Assembly (NCBI RefSeq): GCF_001194135.2
Contig: NC_068985.1
Span: 81,312,014-81,376,013, forward strand
Reading direction: 5' to 3'
Length of the DNA: 64,000 nt
Source: Octopus bimaculoides
Lineage: Eukaryota
A program made the position numbers and the translations under genes. This document shows positions 37,441 through 50,647 of the stretch, piece after piece. The notes beneath the pieces were generated by a model that saw only the letters and a list, made by a program, of their open reading frames with translations, made no database searches and had not been told where the DNA came from. The stretch's first letter is position 1. Each line of letters begins with the position of its first letter.

Positions 37441-39221
37441 ATAGAAAATAGAGTGATTTTGAAAGTGACAAATCTTGTTAATTTGTTCTTTTGAATTAAG
37501 TATGCATTTATTTAAATAATTACTTTTTTTTTTCTTTGGGTAGTGATTTATTCTAACAGTTTTACAGATAATATGAGCAAGATAAAATTCCTTTCTATTT
37601 TAGCTGTTATATTCATTGGTTATTTCATTTATAATACTGCTTGGCTTGCAATTAATTTCTTATTTGTTATCTCTCAAAAAAGTGCCCACTGGAAGGATTT
37701 ATCAGCAACTCACCAAGAAAATGATCAAGTCAAGATGTAACCTTTGTACATCTAAATATACAAAGTTTACTTTTGGGGGAAGCATTACCAAAAGAGGAAA
37801 TATAATTCTTGTAAAGCTGTGATGAATAGTTTGAGTGAGGATCTTATTAAATAAAAGTAAAATGATTGTCTGCATCAATATGATAAGGACCTAGTGGTTA
37901 AAAGATTGATGGTTTCTGTCCAGTAACCAGTAATGTATTGTGTTCATAGTCAAGAAAACTTCTCTATCTAGTTCAGTCCCCTTAACAATAAATACATATC
38001 ATGCATTGTTATAGCTAACTAAAGTTAAAAGCAGGACCACACTGTATCATTGTGAAGTACAGTATTTCATTGAAACCCACCTATGAGTATTCAGTGTAAA
38101 ATGTGATAAGCTTTGCAAGTCTAGATTTTAAAAAAATTAATTCATGAAGATGAAACTTTCAAATTGTGACTCCATGAGCCAACTCATTATAGGAAAATTA
38201 ACAATGATCTTGCTATAATGAATTATTAAAACCATCATCTTACTACACACTGAATTAGTAATACTATAACCTTACAATAGCAAATTAATATAACTATGAT
38301 CTCATTATAATGATTTAGTAAAATCATAAAATTAATATACTGCATTAAATTTTCTGAAGAATATTATTATGTTTAAATCCATTTATTTGGTTTATAGACC
38401 TCTTAATATGTTTAGGGATTTCATTTTTTTAGACAGAATATATAATGATGATTAAATTGTTTGGTCTCTACAACAAAATGTTTACATTCCATGAACCACT
38501 ATGTGCAAGATATCAAATGCTATCATAGTTAGTCAACATCTTCATCAACTGATGTTATATTATATTAAACATTATTAACATACACAAACTGAGTGATGAA
38601 GTGGTGCCAAATTTTGACAGCAGTAACATAAACTATCTGTTTTTACAGTTATTGAAAAAACAAAAACAATAAACAAATACATGCATAAGAAAATAAAAGT
38701 AGAACATTTTGTGTGTATTTTTGTCTAATAAATATAAATCAACAAAATAAGCAATTTCAGTTAAAATTATTTGCTGCCAATTTAGCTGAAAGATAAATTA
38801 GTAATATGCTTTATAATTAATGATCGTGAATCAGGCAAGAATATTTCAATAATAAATATACAATCTCAAAATAACCCTCACTATGATAAATAGGGACTGT
38901 TTCTTGGTACTTTCATATTAATGATAATGTAAAGCATTTTCACTTATATTGGTGTAATGTTTTGGTCTTTCTTCCAATACTTCCCTTACAAATAGGCTCT
39001 CTATTCTTCTTAATGGACTGTCAGCTGAACTAAGCTAAGGTAGCCCTTCAGAAAGAGAAAAAAGAACTGGTAGTTTGTAGCCAGCCAATGGAGCTGTGCT
39101 ACTGTGCCTGTGACTAAATTGTAGTACCAAGAATTAGATCTAGTTTGAAGATATAAATGTAAAATGCTGTGTATAAAGTAGGCATGTTAACAGGCATTAT
39201 TATTTTCATTCTGTTTAGTCT

Positions 39222-39510
39222 GAGGGTGCATGACCTAGTGGTTAGGGTGTTGCATGCATGATTGAAAGATCATGGTTTCAATTCTTGGACCAGGTAGTGC
39301 ATTATGTTCTTGAGCATAACACTTCATCTCACATTGCTCTGCGATCACTTCAACATCTGATGCGTGGTACACTGAGCACCTGTTCTGGCAACATTGATTT
39401 GATATAGGGAGTGAGCTAATGTACAGCATATAGATTTGATCACTATAAACATATCATTTTGTACAGGTCATTTGGAAAAAACTGAACACTCATACATCAT
39501 CTTTGATGGG
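39222..39510 (+). mobile_element. tRNA-derived SINE (family D), degraded
   Basis: gggtgcatgacctagtggttagggtgttg...ggtttcaattcttgg (A/B-box-like), then atgttcttgagcataacacttcatctcac, a central domain unlike families A-C. Confidence 0.6.
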
Positions 39511-39593
39511 AGATTCCATCAATCTAAAGAACAGGAATAAATTTCTATGATGCCATGTTCAAAATTTACCATTGATATAGTTTCTGGGGTGTC

Positions 39594-39630
<37 letters not shown>

Positions 39631-40389
39631 GCTTTTCTGGCTGACTTACTCTAATATGCACTATAGGTGAATATTATTTTCTGTAGTTTTCCAAAAATCT
39701 AATAGGCTATGTAATTCACCTTTAACCATCACACTCCTACCATAAGCTAATGAAGTAAATGTTTCAAGTTCAGAGTCGTTTTATAAATTGCCTATTAAAT
39801 GGTGCTAATTAATTACATATAAAATCACTTTTGAAGATTTTAAAATTCATCTTCTCAGCCTTTTATTTTTAATGTTACCACGTCTTTGAAATTTTTGATT
39901 TTAGTGGTGCTTAAAAATTTCACACAAGATTGCTAAAAGTAAATAGATGTGTTAGAAGTAGCACTTAGTTTTCATTGTGTATATATCAGCTAAAATTATA
40001 AGAGTTTCTAAATGAAATTAATAAAGAAGTTACATAATCAATAGCTTAAATTAGTGTATAGACATTGTTCACATATTTAAAGGGAATTGACTTCTTTCAC
40101 GTCTTATCATTAAACTCACCAATAATTCTATATGTTTAATAATCATCAAATGTGCATATCCTTGTGCTGCGACAATATTATGTTTCACAGTATACACATT
40201 TGATAGAGTAAAGTAATATCATAATGATAGTGTATGTATGTGTGTATGTAAATATGTATATATATGTATGCATTCATATATGTATGTGTGTACGTCTCTA
40301 TATACACACCACAGACATACATATATATATGTATGCAGAAATATACGTACATGCTTATGCACAAACACACACATATATACACACACACA

Positions 40390-41253
40390 CAGGTCTGATC
40401 AATAAGTATCCGGACTGTTGCCATAGTAACGAAGCTAAAGCATGCAGAATGAAGCTACTTGATACAGATTGACCTTAAACTCTGCTGTGCATGTGCAGTA
40501 AGTTTTAACATTCTAGCTCATTTCTACTCTTTACAGCAGTGCTTGGAAGTAACATGTGTAACATGTGATCATTGCATTGACCATGACAGAGAAAGATGTC
40601 ATGGCAATACGTGCTTAGAGTCCTATGCAGAGTTGCAGAAAATGTTTGGAGAGGAGTATATGAGCCGTACACAAGTGTATGATAGGTCCAGATATTTCTA
40701 AGAAAAATGTCGATAGTGAAGAACGTTCTGGGAGACCTGCAACCAGTAGAACTGAGAAAAACATCACAGATGTGCATGCAGCTGTGAGGGAAAATCATTG
40801 AATCCCCATTCGTGAGTTATCAGAGGATGTGCAGATTAGTTACAGTTCAGTTCAGTTCAGTTCATTATCACTGAAGATTTGGGTATGAGACATGTGTCTA
40901 CCAAGTTTGTGCCAAAACTGCATTCAACTAACCAAAATGAGACTCAGGTTACAGTTGCACAAAATCTCCTTGATTGGGTTGAGAACAATGAAAACTTTTT
41001 GAAAATTTTGCATAGGCCTCTGAGTAGATATTGCCAAGCTTTTGGTAAAATTTGATGGAGTTTCTCTGCTCAAATTTCTCTCTCATGGTCAATGCAGTGA
41101 ACACATGCTACACACGTGGAAGTGAGCCAGATCGGTAAAACTGAGTGCGCATACACAGCAGAATTCAAAATCAATCTGTACCAAGCAGCTTCCCCTATCT
41201 GCTTTAGCTTCGTTACTATGGCAACAGTCTGGATATTTATTGATCAGACCACA
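40390..41253. mobile_element. Mariner derivative made of two inverted 5' ends
   Basis: The TIR ggtctgatcaataagtatccggactgttgccatagtaacgaagctaaagca is present at both ends. The left arm encodes ESYAELQKMFGEEYMSRTQVY..ERSGRPATSRTEK..DLGMRHVSTKFVPKL. The right arm (minus) encodes MREKFEQRNSIKFYQKLGNIYSEAYAK. Confidence 0.85.
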
Positions 41254-41271
41254 TACATATGTATATTTTAC

Positions 41272-41303
<32 letters not shown>

Positions 41304-41927
41304 NNNNNNNNNNNNNNNNNNNNNNNNNNNNNNNNNNNNNNNNNNNNNNNNNNNNNNNNNNNNNNNNNNNNNNNNNNNNNNNNNNNNNNNNNNNNNNNNN
41401 NNNNNNNNNNNNNNNNNNNNNNNNNNNNNNNNNNNNNNNNNNNNNNNNNNNNNNNNNNNNNNNNNNNNNNNNNNNNNNNNNNNNNNNNNNNNNNNNNNNN
41501 NNNNNNNNNNNNNNNNNNNNNNNNNNNNNNNNNNNNNNNNNNNNNNNNNNNNNNNNNNNNNNNNNNNNNNNNNNNNNNNNNNNNNNNNNNNNNNNNNNNN
41601 NNNNNNNNNNNNNNNNNNNNNNNNNNNNNNNNNNNNNNNNNNNNNNNNNNNNNNNNNNNNNNNNNNNNNNNNNNNNNNNNNNNNNNNNNNNNNNNNNNNN
41701 NNNNNNNNNNNNNNNNNNNNNNNNNNNNNNNNNNNNNNNNNNNNNNNNNNNNNNNNNNNNNNNNNNNNNNNNNNNNNNNNNNNNNNNNNNNNNNNNNNNN
41801 NNNNNNNNNNNNNNNNNNNNNNNNNNNNNNNNNNNNNNNNNNNNNNNNNNNNNNNNNNNNNNNNNNNNNNNNNNNNNNNNNNNNNNNNNNNNNNNNNNNN
41901 NNNNNNNNNNNNNNNNNNNNNNNNNNN

Positions 41928-41976
<49 letters not shown>

Positions 41977-42748
41977 CATATATGTATATATATATCCCTA
42001 TTCTGTCAAAACTACTTTGTTATATAATTTAATTACTACATATATATCTTGAAAGCTTTCAAATTCAATGTCATTGTATTTAAGACTTAAGTGAATTCCT
42101 TACACCCATATTCCAGTGTATCACACCATTTTCTTTTATTGCCATTGCCTGGAGAGAGTTAAGTAAGTGGTGAGCTGCAAGGTTGAGTATACTTCATGAA
42201 GATATATGATAGATACAGAAGAGCATCACATGAAAGGAAGATTATAACCTCAGCATCCCGAAAGATTAGTGTGTTTCTTCCAGCACTAAACGTTTGAATT
42301 CATAGAAAATCCTCACTAGAACTTGGAGATTTCCAACCACATCCCTGCCCACATATTATATTACTCACATGCACAAACACAATGCACACATGCATACACG
42401 CACACAGACACATACGCAAACTCATGTCTACACACAGCATGCAAGTTCACGTACATGCATACATATTTACTCTCTCTCTCTCTCTTTCTCTCCTCACCAT
42501 CACCTGTCCATGTGCGTGTGTATTAAAAATGAGTAATAAAATGCATAAAATCCTCAAGTTCAAGATCCTGTTTATCAATAAATACAAGGATTATATATGA
42601 TTAATAGTGTATGGCATGTAGTTCTCAGGGTGCCGGTTGTTTCATTGGCATGTGAGTAAAATGAGATTATGATGTTATTGAGTCATTATTGCTCATTTAA
42701 TATATATGTGTGTGCATATCTATATATATATATATAAATATATATATA

Positions 42749-43719
42749 NNNNNNNNNNNNNNNNNNNNNNNNNNNNNNNNNNNNNNNNNNNNNNNNNNNN
42801 NNNNNNNNNNNNNNNNNNNNNNNNNNNNNNNNNNNNNNNNNNNNNNNNNNNNNNNNNNNNNNNNNNNNNNNNNNNNNNNNNNNNNNNNNNNNNNNNNNNN
42901 NNNNNNNNNNNNNNNNNNNNNNNNNNNNNNNNNNNNNNNNNNNNNNNNNNNNNNNNNNNNNNNNNNNNNNNNNNNNNNNNNNNNNNNNNNNNNNNNNNNN
43001 NNNNNNNNNNNNNNNNNNNNNNNNNNNNNNNNNNNNNNNNNNNNNNNNNNNNNNNNNNNNNNNNNNNNNNNNNNNNNNNNNNNNNNNNNNNNNNNNNNNN
43101 NNNNNNNNNNNNNNNNNNNNNNNNNNNNNNNNNNNNNNNNNNNNNNNNNNNNNNNNNNNNNNNNNNNNNNNNNNNNNNNNNNNNNNNNNNNNNNNNNNNN
43201 NNNNNNNNNNNNNNNNNNNNNNNNNNNNNNNNNNNNNNNNNNNNNNNNNNNNNNNNNNNNNNNNNNNNNNNNNNNNNNNNNNNNNNNNNNNNNNNNNNNN
43301 NNNNNNNNNNNNNNNNNNNNNNNNNNNNNNNNNNNNNNNNNNNNNNNNNNNNNNNNNNNNNNNNNNNNNNNNNNNNNNNNNNNNNNNNNNNNNNNNNNNN
43401 NNNNNNNNNNNNNNNNNNNNNNNNNNNNNNNNNNNNNNNNNNNNNNNNNNNNNNNNNNNNNNNNNNNNNNNNNNNNNNNNNNNNNNNNNNNNNNNNNNNN
43501 NNNNNNNNNNNNNNNNNNNNNNNNNNNNNNNNNNNNNNNNNNNNNNNNNNNNNNNNNNNNNNNNNNNNNNNNNNNNNNNNNNNNNNNNNNNNNNNNNNNN
43601 NNNNNNNNNNNNNNNNNNNNNNNNNNNNNNNNNNNNNNNNNNNNNNNNNNNNNNNNNNNNNNNNNNNNNNNNNNNNNNNNNNNNNNNNNNNNNNNNNNNN
43701 NNNNNNNNNNNNNNNNNNN
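42749..43719. other. Largest of 12 assembly gaps (N runs)
   Basis: Gaps lie at 3544-3610, 5708-6165, 15125-15660, 16400-16461, 24687-24696, 25502-25587, 27519-27637, 41304-41927, 42749-43719, 48870-49174, 54597-54624 and 58702-58984. Each abuts a (TA)n or (CA)n tract on at least one side. Confidence 0.98.
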
Positions 43720-44529
43720 TTCAACATGTCCTTTCTGTTTTAGACAGCAAGGTGCTGTTTTAAGGAGATTTGGCTGCAATTTCTAGCTGGTTAAACAACT
43801 GCATGCTGGATTCTTTGTTGGTCTTCATAGCATTGGTAGAAAACAAAGAAAAAATATTAAAAACAAAATGATATTGGCTCTATTCAGTGACAAATAGAAA
43901 TTGATTGAAAACACATCTCCAGTTAATTTATGCATTACTTGGTACTAATCCCCTTGCAATCAGAGTAAAAAGTGTGGCCTATTTTTCTTCTTTCTTTTAC
44001 CATTTTATTATTAATTTTATTGTTTTAATTACTTGCATATAAAGCAGACCGACCACAAAATTCTTACATGGTTAAATACACACATACACACACAGAGAGT
44101 TTATCATTATTAGAATATTTTTATTTTTCACTTTTTATCATACAAATGCAGTAGGGAGGTGGAGAGATTTCAGCCCAATAGATCAAGACATGGTTCCAAT
44201 CTCTGTTGGAAACGCCTCATTCTTATTTTTACTAATGACTGTCAAATAGACCCAAGCATCAAAACTGCCTTCTTCTCATCCACAACTCTGAAATTTCATA
44301 GTTTTGTAAAAACGAAATTGTTATTCACATATGTGAAGGAAGTATGAAAAAATACTAGCGAAAGTCATTTTTCGCAAATATAAAAATAACTAAAAGATTG
44401 TGATTACTGTACTCATTTCTTTGTGGGTTTAGTAGGTCACAGAATTTGATAAGCAATGAAGTTTGACAAACATTGAAATAATGGAGTTGATATTCTTATA
44501 TGAGTTATATTGCAAATATGATATGAACA

Positions 44530-44676
44530 GTAGCAGGCATGGCTGTGTGGTAAGAAGCTTGTTTCCCAACCACATGGTTCAGAGTTCAGTCCCACTGCAT
44601 GGCAACCTGGGTAAGTGTCTTCTACTGTAGCCTTGGGCTGACCAAAGTCTTGTGAGTGGATTTGAAAGAAGCCTGT

Positions 44677-44727
<51 letters not shown>

Positions 44728-44955
44728 GTATTTATGTGTGTCTTTATGTCTATGTTTGTCCCCTACCAATGTTGGTGTGTTTACATTCCTGTAACTTAGG
44801 GAGTTTTGGCAAAAGAGACTGATAGAATAAGTACTAGGCTTACAAAGAATAAGTCCTGGTGTCAATTTCTTTGACTAAAAAACCCTTTAAGGTGGTGCTC
44901 CAGTATGGCTGCAGTCAAAATGACTAAAACAAGTAAAAGAGTAAAAGAATAAAAG
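44530..44955 (+). mobile_element. SINE family A, full length
   Basis: gcaggcatggctgtgtggtaagaagcttg...aaacaagtaaaagagtaaaagaataaaag. Confidence 0.92.
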
Positions 44956-46684
44956 TAGTATTAAACCTGTAATTCTGTTTCTAAAACTCTGTCATGAATA
45001 ATATACCATCTCAGTTTCTTCCTTATGTACAGGGTGAATGTTTGTAATGGAAGAGTTGATTTAAACTACATATGTTATTGGCGCTTATTTAATAATCAAC
45101 TTTATCAAGAAAGGAAGATAAATTAATGGAGTATGATCTGGATATGGAACATAGAGGATTAGATAAAATACTCAAAGATATTAGGATGACAATTCTATGA
45201 GTCTGCCATGGTCTTGGGAGAATACATCATACCATATTATCATTATCTATTGTAGTTTAATACTTTAGTTCAGGTTAGTTAGATTTTCAGAAACTCCTTT
45301 GTCTTTATCTCATTAATAAACCTTTTCCTCTAAAAAATAAATTATCACTCAAAAATTTTTTCAACTATCTTGATCAATGTTTTCTATAGATGGTAATGTT
45401 CTTGATGCTATTAAACATCACTAGTCCTTGATGTCACTTCCCTTGTTGGAAGCTGACAAAATGTCATCACTACTGCATGCATACATCAATTCTGGTGCTT
45501 ATATAATCACACTTGTCAGCTGTGGGACTCTCAAATTTATATTACATATCCTGAAGATCATGCTTAATTTATTTCACAAAAGTGTCTGAATGTATTCAGA
45601 TTCACTGACATATCACTTTCACACTTGCAACGCAGCTCCTGGGGAGAGAAATCCCCTTTGTTTGAAACAAAATCAATGATTTCTCAAACATTCTTTCAAC
45701 TCTTCATGCCAAGCTATTCTTGAGTTCATTGATTTCAACATCGGTAAAGTTACCTCAGATTTTCCCATTTATTGTTAGTGAATATGTGAGTCTTTTAACA
45801 CTGTTACATCAATACTATCCATGCCCCATTAACATATAATTTGTTGTGCCTCAAGTAAAGTAATAAGATTGCCCTCTGAACAAAGTCTGCATAGTTACTG
45901 TTGACCTCCACTAATCACTTGATGAAACTCTTTTATGAAGCCATTTAGCCTGCTAGAAAGTGTAGCCAAATTCTTTCAAATTACAATGCAGTTCTAGCTA
46001 TCCCTTATCCCCACCCCACACAAAGAAACAAAGAAATAGGAAAATCTATGGTTGTCATTTTCGTCAAATGTGTAGTAATGCATTTAACAAATTTAATAGT
46101 TTAGATTGAATTAAACAAATTGAAATATATTAATAATGTTGGTTAAACAATAACTAATTATTTACTGGACTATATTTATCTTCAAACCATATTTTTTGTT
46201 GTTCATTTGTTAAATTTTGAATAATCTGTTAACACATAGTTTGTGAATTGAGTCAACCCTAGTACTTGAATGATGCCAGTTTTCCCACCTCTATAGGGAT
46301 GTGAAACAAAGTTGGCTCCAGATTGATCTAAACTCAGTGTGGACAGAGACAAAATTTAATACTATAAGGAACTTAATTGAGAGGTCTTCAATTTTTGCTA
46401 TTCTCCCACCTTATGTTAAGTAAAAGTGCAAAGGTGTTTTATGGATACCTCAAAAACTATTTGCTTTCTCAAATAGATTTGAACTTACTTTCCTTGATTT
46501 TTATCTATTAAACAATGCTGTTTTCCTGATAAGTTTCAAATATTAAATAATTTATTTCAGTTTGTTCAAATGAATCTTATTTAAGATTTTGGGTGAGATT
46601 GCCCAGACCAAAACTATTCTTTCTTTCCAAACATTCTTGTCTTTCATGACATTTTCTAGGTCTTCTATTTGTAATTTGACAAAA

Positions 46685-47097
46685 CATGAGAGTTGATCAA
46701 AGTATGTCCTCCTGCGGTTTTCTGAAAAGAATTCCCATGACTCTGGGTCCAGAAAAGAGGTTAACTCACTAATTCATCTTTGCTTCAGTAGCAGTAACCA
46801 GTATAACTTATCCACTCTCAAATTATTGATGATACTGTGGAGATCTTGCCACAAAGCTATTCTTGTTTTGGATGTTGTTTCCAACATTTGGTGAGAATAG
46901 TATGCAGCATACATGTTCAAGTCCCATCAAATTGCTATCTTTTTTGTCAGAGTCCATGCTGATTAGATTTAAAGAATTGGTTCTACTATGGCTCTGAAGA
47001 ATTCCCTTTTCATTTGGTTAGGTAGTGTAGACTTCCAAATTATTCTGAATTTTTCCAGTACATTCCATGCCTCTGCTATGCAGATTGACACATCTTA
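46685..47097 (-). mobile_element. Old RTE/RTE-X-like LINE, RT C-terminal fragment (second lineage)
   Basis: The minus strand reads DVSICIAEAWNVLEKFRIIWKSTLPNQMKREFFRAIVEPIL*I*SAWTLTKK, then after a frameshift FDGT*TCMLHTILTKCWKQHPKQE*LCGK...SKDELVS*PLFWT. Confidence 0.75.
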
Positions 47098-47696
47098 ATT
47101 AATACTAATTAGTTATACATAACATACAACTTCATTTATTATAAATAGATTAAGTGCTATAACAATGCTACTTGAAACATTTGTTAAACTGCTTTCAAAT
47201 TTAAGAATATTCTTTTTCATTTTTGTTAATCATACAACCATCACAAATAATATATTTTCAATACTTATTTCTTTTATTCTTCAGTTATATCCTTAATTAT
47301 AAACTCAGATGCATTCTAATACTTCATGCTAGGCAATTTTTGAATGCAAAATTATTGTGGCTGTTAATAGATGCTATAAAGAATGATATGTTTACATAAG
47401 TACCAATAACAAGATTGTCTCAATTTCCATTTTGTGTATTTTAAACACATAACCTTAGCATATTTTTCTTTTTGAAATAACAATAATAATTTCCATTAAT
47501 AATCATATTTAGATATTTAACCATACATGATTTAAGGTTGTATTTGGAGTTAGATATTTTAAATTATCCATTATGTGTGTTCGGATGTGGGTGTGTATTT
47601 CTCTTATTTCTACACTGAATGGTTGTTTGTATTTACATTTATATTAAACAGCTCTGCTCGCTATATTTGAAGTTGTCAGTCTCTAAAGATAATTAA

Positions 47697-47916
47697 CTCT
47701 TTAGCATTTAAACTGGCCTTATCTAGCCAAAATGGTCTACCTGTTTTATGTTCAAACTAGCTAGATCTAGCCTTTTGCACCTACCCTATAATGTTGTTGT
47801 AAAAATAAACAATCACCTCATCAAAATCTTGAAGCTATGATGTAATGTATGATTAATTCAAAACAAAGTGAAAAAATATGTATTACCTTTAACAGTATAA
47901 CCTGGATGCTAAAGGG
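47697..47916. mobile_element. piggyBac-like MITE
   Basis: TTAA|CTCTTTAGCAT ... ATGCTAAAGGG|ATAA: an 11-bp TIR with 1 mismatch and a TTAA-type target with one side mutated. Confidence 0.55.
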
Positions 47917-50647
47917 ATAATATCATGAAACGTGATACATTTTTTCTCAGGATAGATATTATTGTTTTTTAAATTTATCTTGATAAGAAAGCGTTTTAAA
48001 AAAGAAAATAATACTAAATCCTACCAATCAGAACACATCAAAATTAATAATGTTTAAAAAAAAACAAATCAAAATTAGTAACTTTAGTTTGAAATGTTAA
48101 AATGATTTTGAGTCCTGGTTTAAACATTTTGTGCCATGATATTTTAGGTGATACTAAAAAAAAAAAATACCCATTTCACTCTGAAATCACCAATTTATTT
48201 AGTGCAGGAAAGAGAAATGTAAACAAATGACTTTATTATTCCCTATACCACAAACCTATACAAATGGATGGCTGATCAAAAGATATCAAAGGAAAATTGA
48301 TATTTTTAAATGGTGCTTAAGTTACATATATTATTTTATTTGAATCAATTCATGAGATTTATGTGTGACATGGTAACCTATCTCTTTTTTTACCTAGTGG
48401 CAGTGACTGAATATTCTACTTAAATTTATGTATTGTTAGATTATGTTTCATCATATACTTGTATCGTTTATATCATTGTATAATTAGAGCATAGAAAAAG
48501 CAATGAATTGAGGATAAGTACCTTATGGTTTAAATCTTTAACATGAGTTCAATTCTGTATTTAGCTTCTTCACTTCACTTATACTTTATATCAGAAAATT
48601 CAAACCTGGGGAAGAGGGTATGCTCTGTTATATTGCGCATCTCCCTCTTTGTCTGTCTGTCTGTCTATCTTTCTGTCTGTCTGTTTGCCTGTCGGACTCT
48701 ATCTCTGTCTCTCTCTCACTCTCACACACACATACCTATTGTCACATCCATGTTTTAAATACATCACCAATGTGAATACTTTTGATTAGATATCTTGATA
48801 AGTTTTCTCTATTGTTTGCCATTTTAAAATATTGACTGAATATATTTGTAGGCATGTGTGTGTGTGTGTNNNNNNNNNNNNNNNNNNNNNNNNNNNNNNN
48901 NNNNNNNNNNNNNNNNNNNNNNNNNNNNNNNNNNNNNNNNNNNNNNNNNNNNNNNNNNNNNNNNNNNNNNNNNNNNNNNNNNNNNNNNNNNNNNNNNNNN
49001 NNNNNNNNNNNNNNNNNNNNNNNNNNNNNNNNNNNNNNNNNNNNNNNNNNNNNNNNNNNNNNNNNNNNNNNNNNNNNNNNNNNNNNNNNNNNNNNNNNNN
49101 NNNNNNNNNNNNNNNNNNNNNNNNNNNNNNNNNNNNNNNNNNNNNNNNNNNNNNNNNNNNNNNNNNNNNNNNNNCTTTTTATTTTTGAATGTTATAAAGA
49201 ATTTACCAACTTTATTTATTATTTTTTTGTTTAATTTATTAAACAGAAAGGGAGAAAAATATTGTAAAATTCTAACATAGAATTTTTTTGTGATTTTATT
49301 ATGTGTATCAATGTGAGCTGAAGGTTTTTCAAGAATTATCAAAGTAAAATTTGACTGGTTTAGCTTTTTATTAAATTATATATATCAGATAGAATTTCCC
49401 AAAATTTGACACTATAAATATTTGAAAACAATTTCACCGTATATTACATCACCAACTTCAAACGCAGTGTGTTCATACATATATCTTGAATTTATATATG
49501 TGTGTGTATATATATATATATGTGTGTGTGTGTGTTTATATATATGTATATATATAATGAAATATATAAAGATATATAATGTAAAAAACAATATAAAGAT
49601 ATACATATATAAGATATATACAAACATATATATACAATATGTGTATGCACATGCATACAGATATCAAAAAGAAATATTTTTACAATAATGGAAAAATTTT
49701 GAAGACTTTTGGGGATCTTAAATTTTTGTTTTAAATATAAAATTGAAGTAAAATATCCTTACATCATTCTTATCCAATTCATTTATAAACAGTAGTGATG
49801 TTGATTACCTCGTACGTTTTTCTGTTATTTCTATTGGAATAAAACTGGCAGAAAGAATTATGCACAAGCTTTTATCAGAACCACACTATTTCAAAGTGAT
49901 TCAGTGAGAAAATCAAATTTAGACTAAGTCTTTGTCATTGATAATTTAAAGATATCCCAATAAAAATAGAAAATTTATATTCTAAATAATGTATTTATAC
50001 TTTCTACAAAAGCTTTAGAAACCCAATATACACCTAAACACATATCTTAGGTTTAATAGTGTATGTCCAACAAAGGAAATTCTTTGCTTATCTGTAAGTT
50101 TTTTCTTACTATTTTCAAGTTTCCTTTAATACAATACTAAGTTTAAGTCATTAAAATGGCAAATTGAATTAAGAATTTTATATAAAATGTATAAACTTCT
50201 TTAGATTGTCAATTTGAATTAAAAAGATTTCATTGTGAGTAAATAGAATTCTAGTATATACAAGCAATTCATTTTGGATTGATTCTGTAATAATCAGTTT
50301 GAATTCAAATTTTGAATTTCAATTCAATTTTTCTTTCATGTGAAGCATATAGATGAAAATCTGATTGAAAATGCAGCTGAAAAAGGAAGATGTATTCTAG
50401 AGATGGATTCTTAAGGAACAGATGGTTGTAAGGATGATAGTGATAAGTCCCCATGTAAAGTCATAATTGCTGAAACCAGTCAAATGGAATCAAATTATAG
50501 AAATATGACAAAAGGCCATCAATACAACCTTGAGCATTCCTGAAAAAAGCATGTAGTAATTGCTGACATATTTGTAATAACAAATTATATTCTGTTCAAA
50601 ATACTCAACTTCAAAAGAAATTGAGTCCTATTTCTGAATTTTTTGAA

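Noticed and set aside
45380-45900. Coding-like composition on both strands
   Set aside because: Multiple stops and no motif I could assign.
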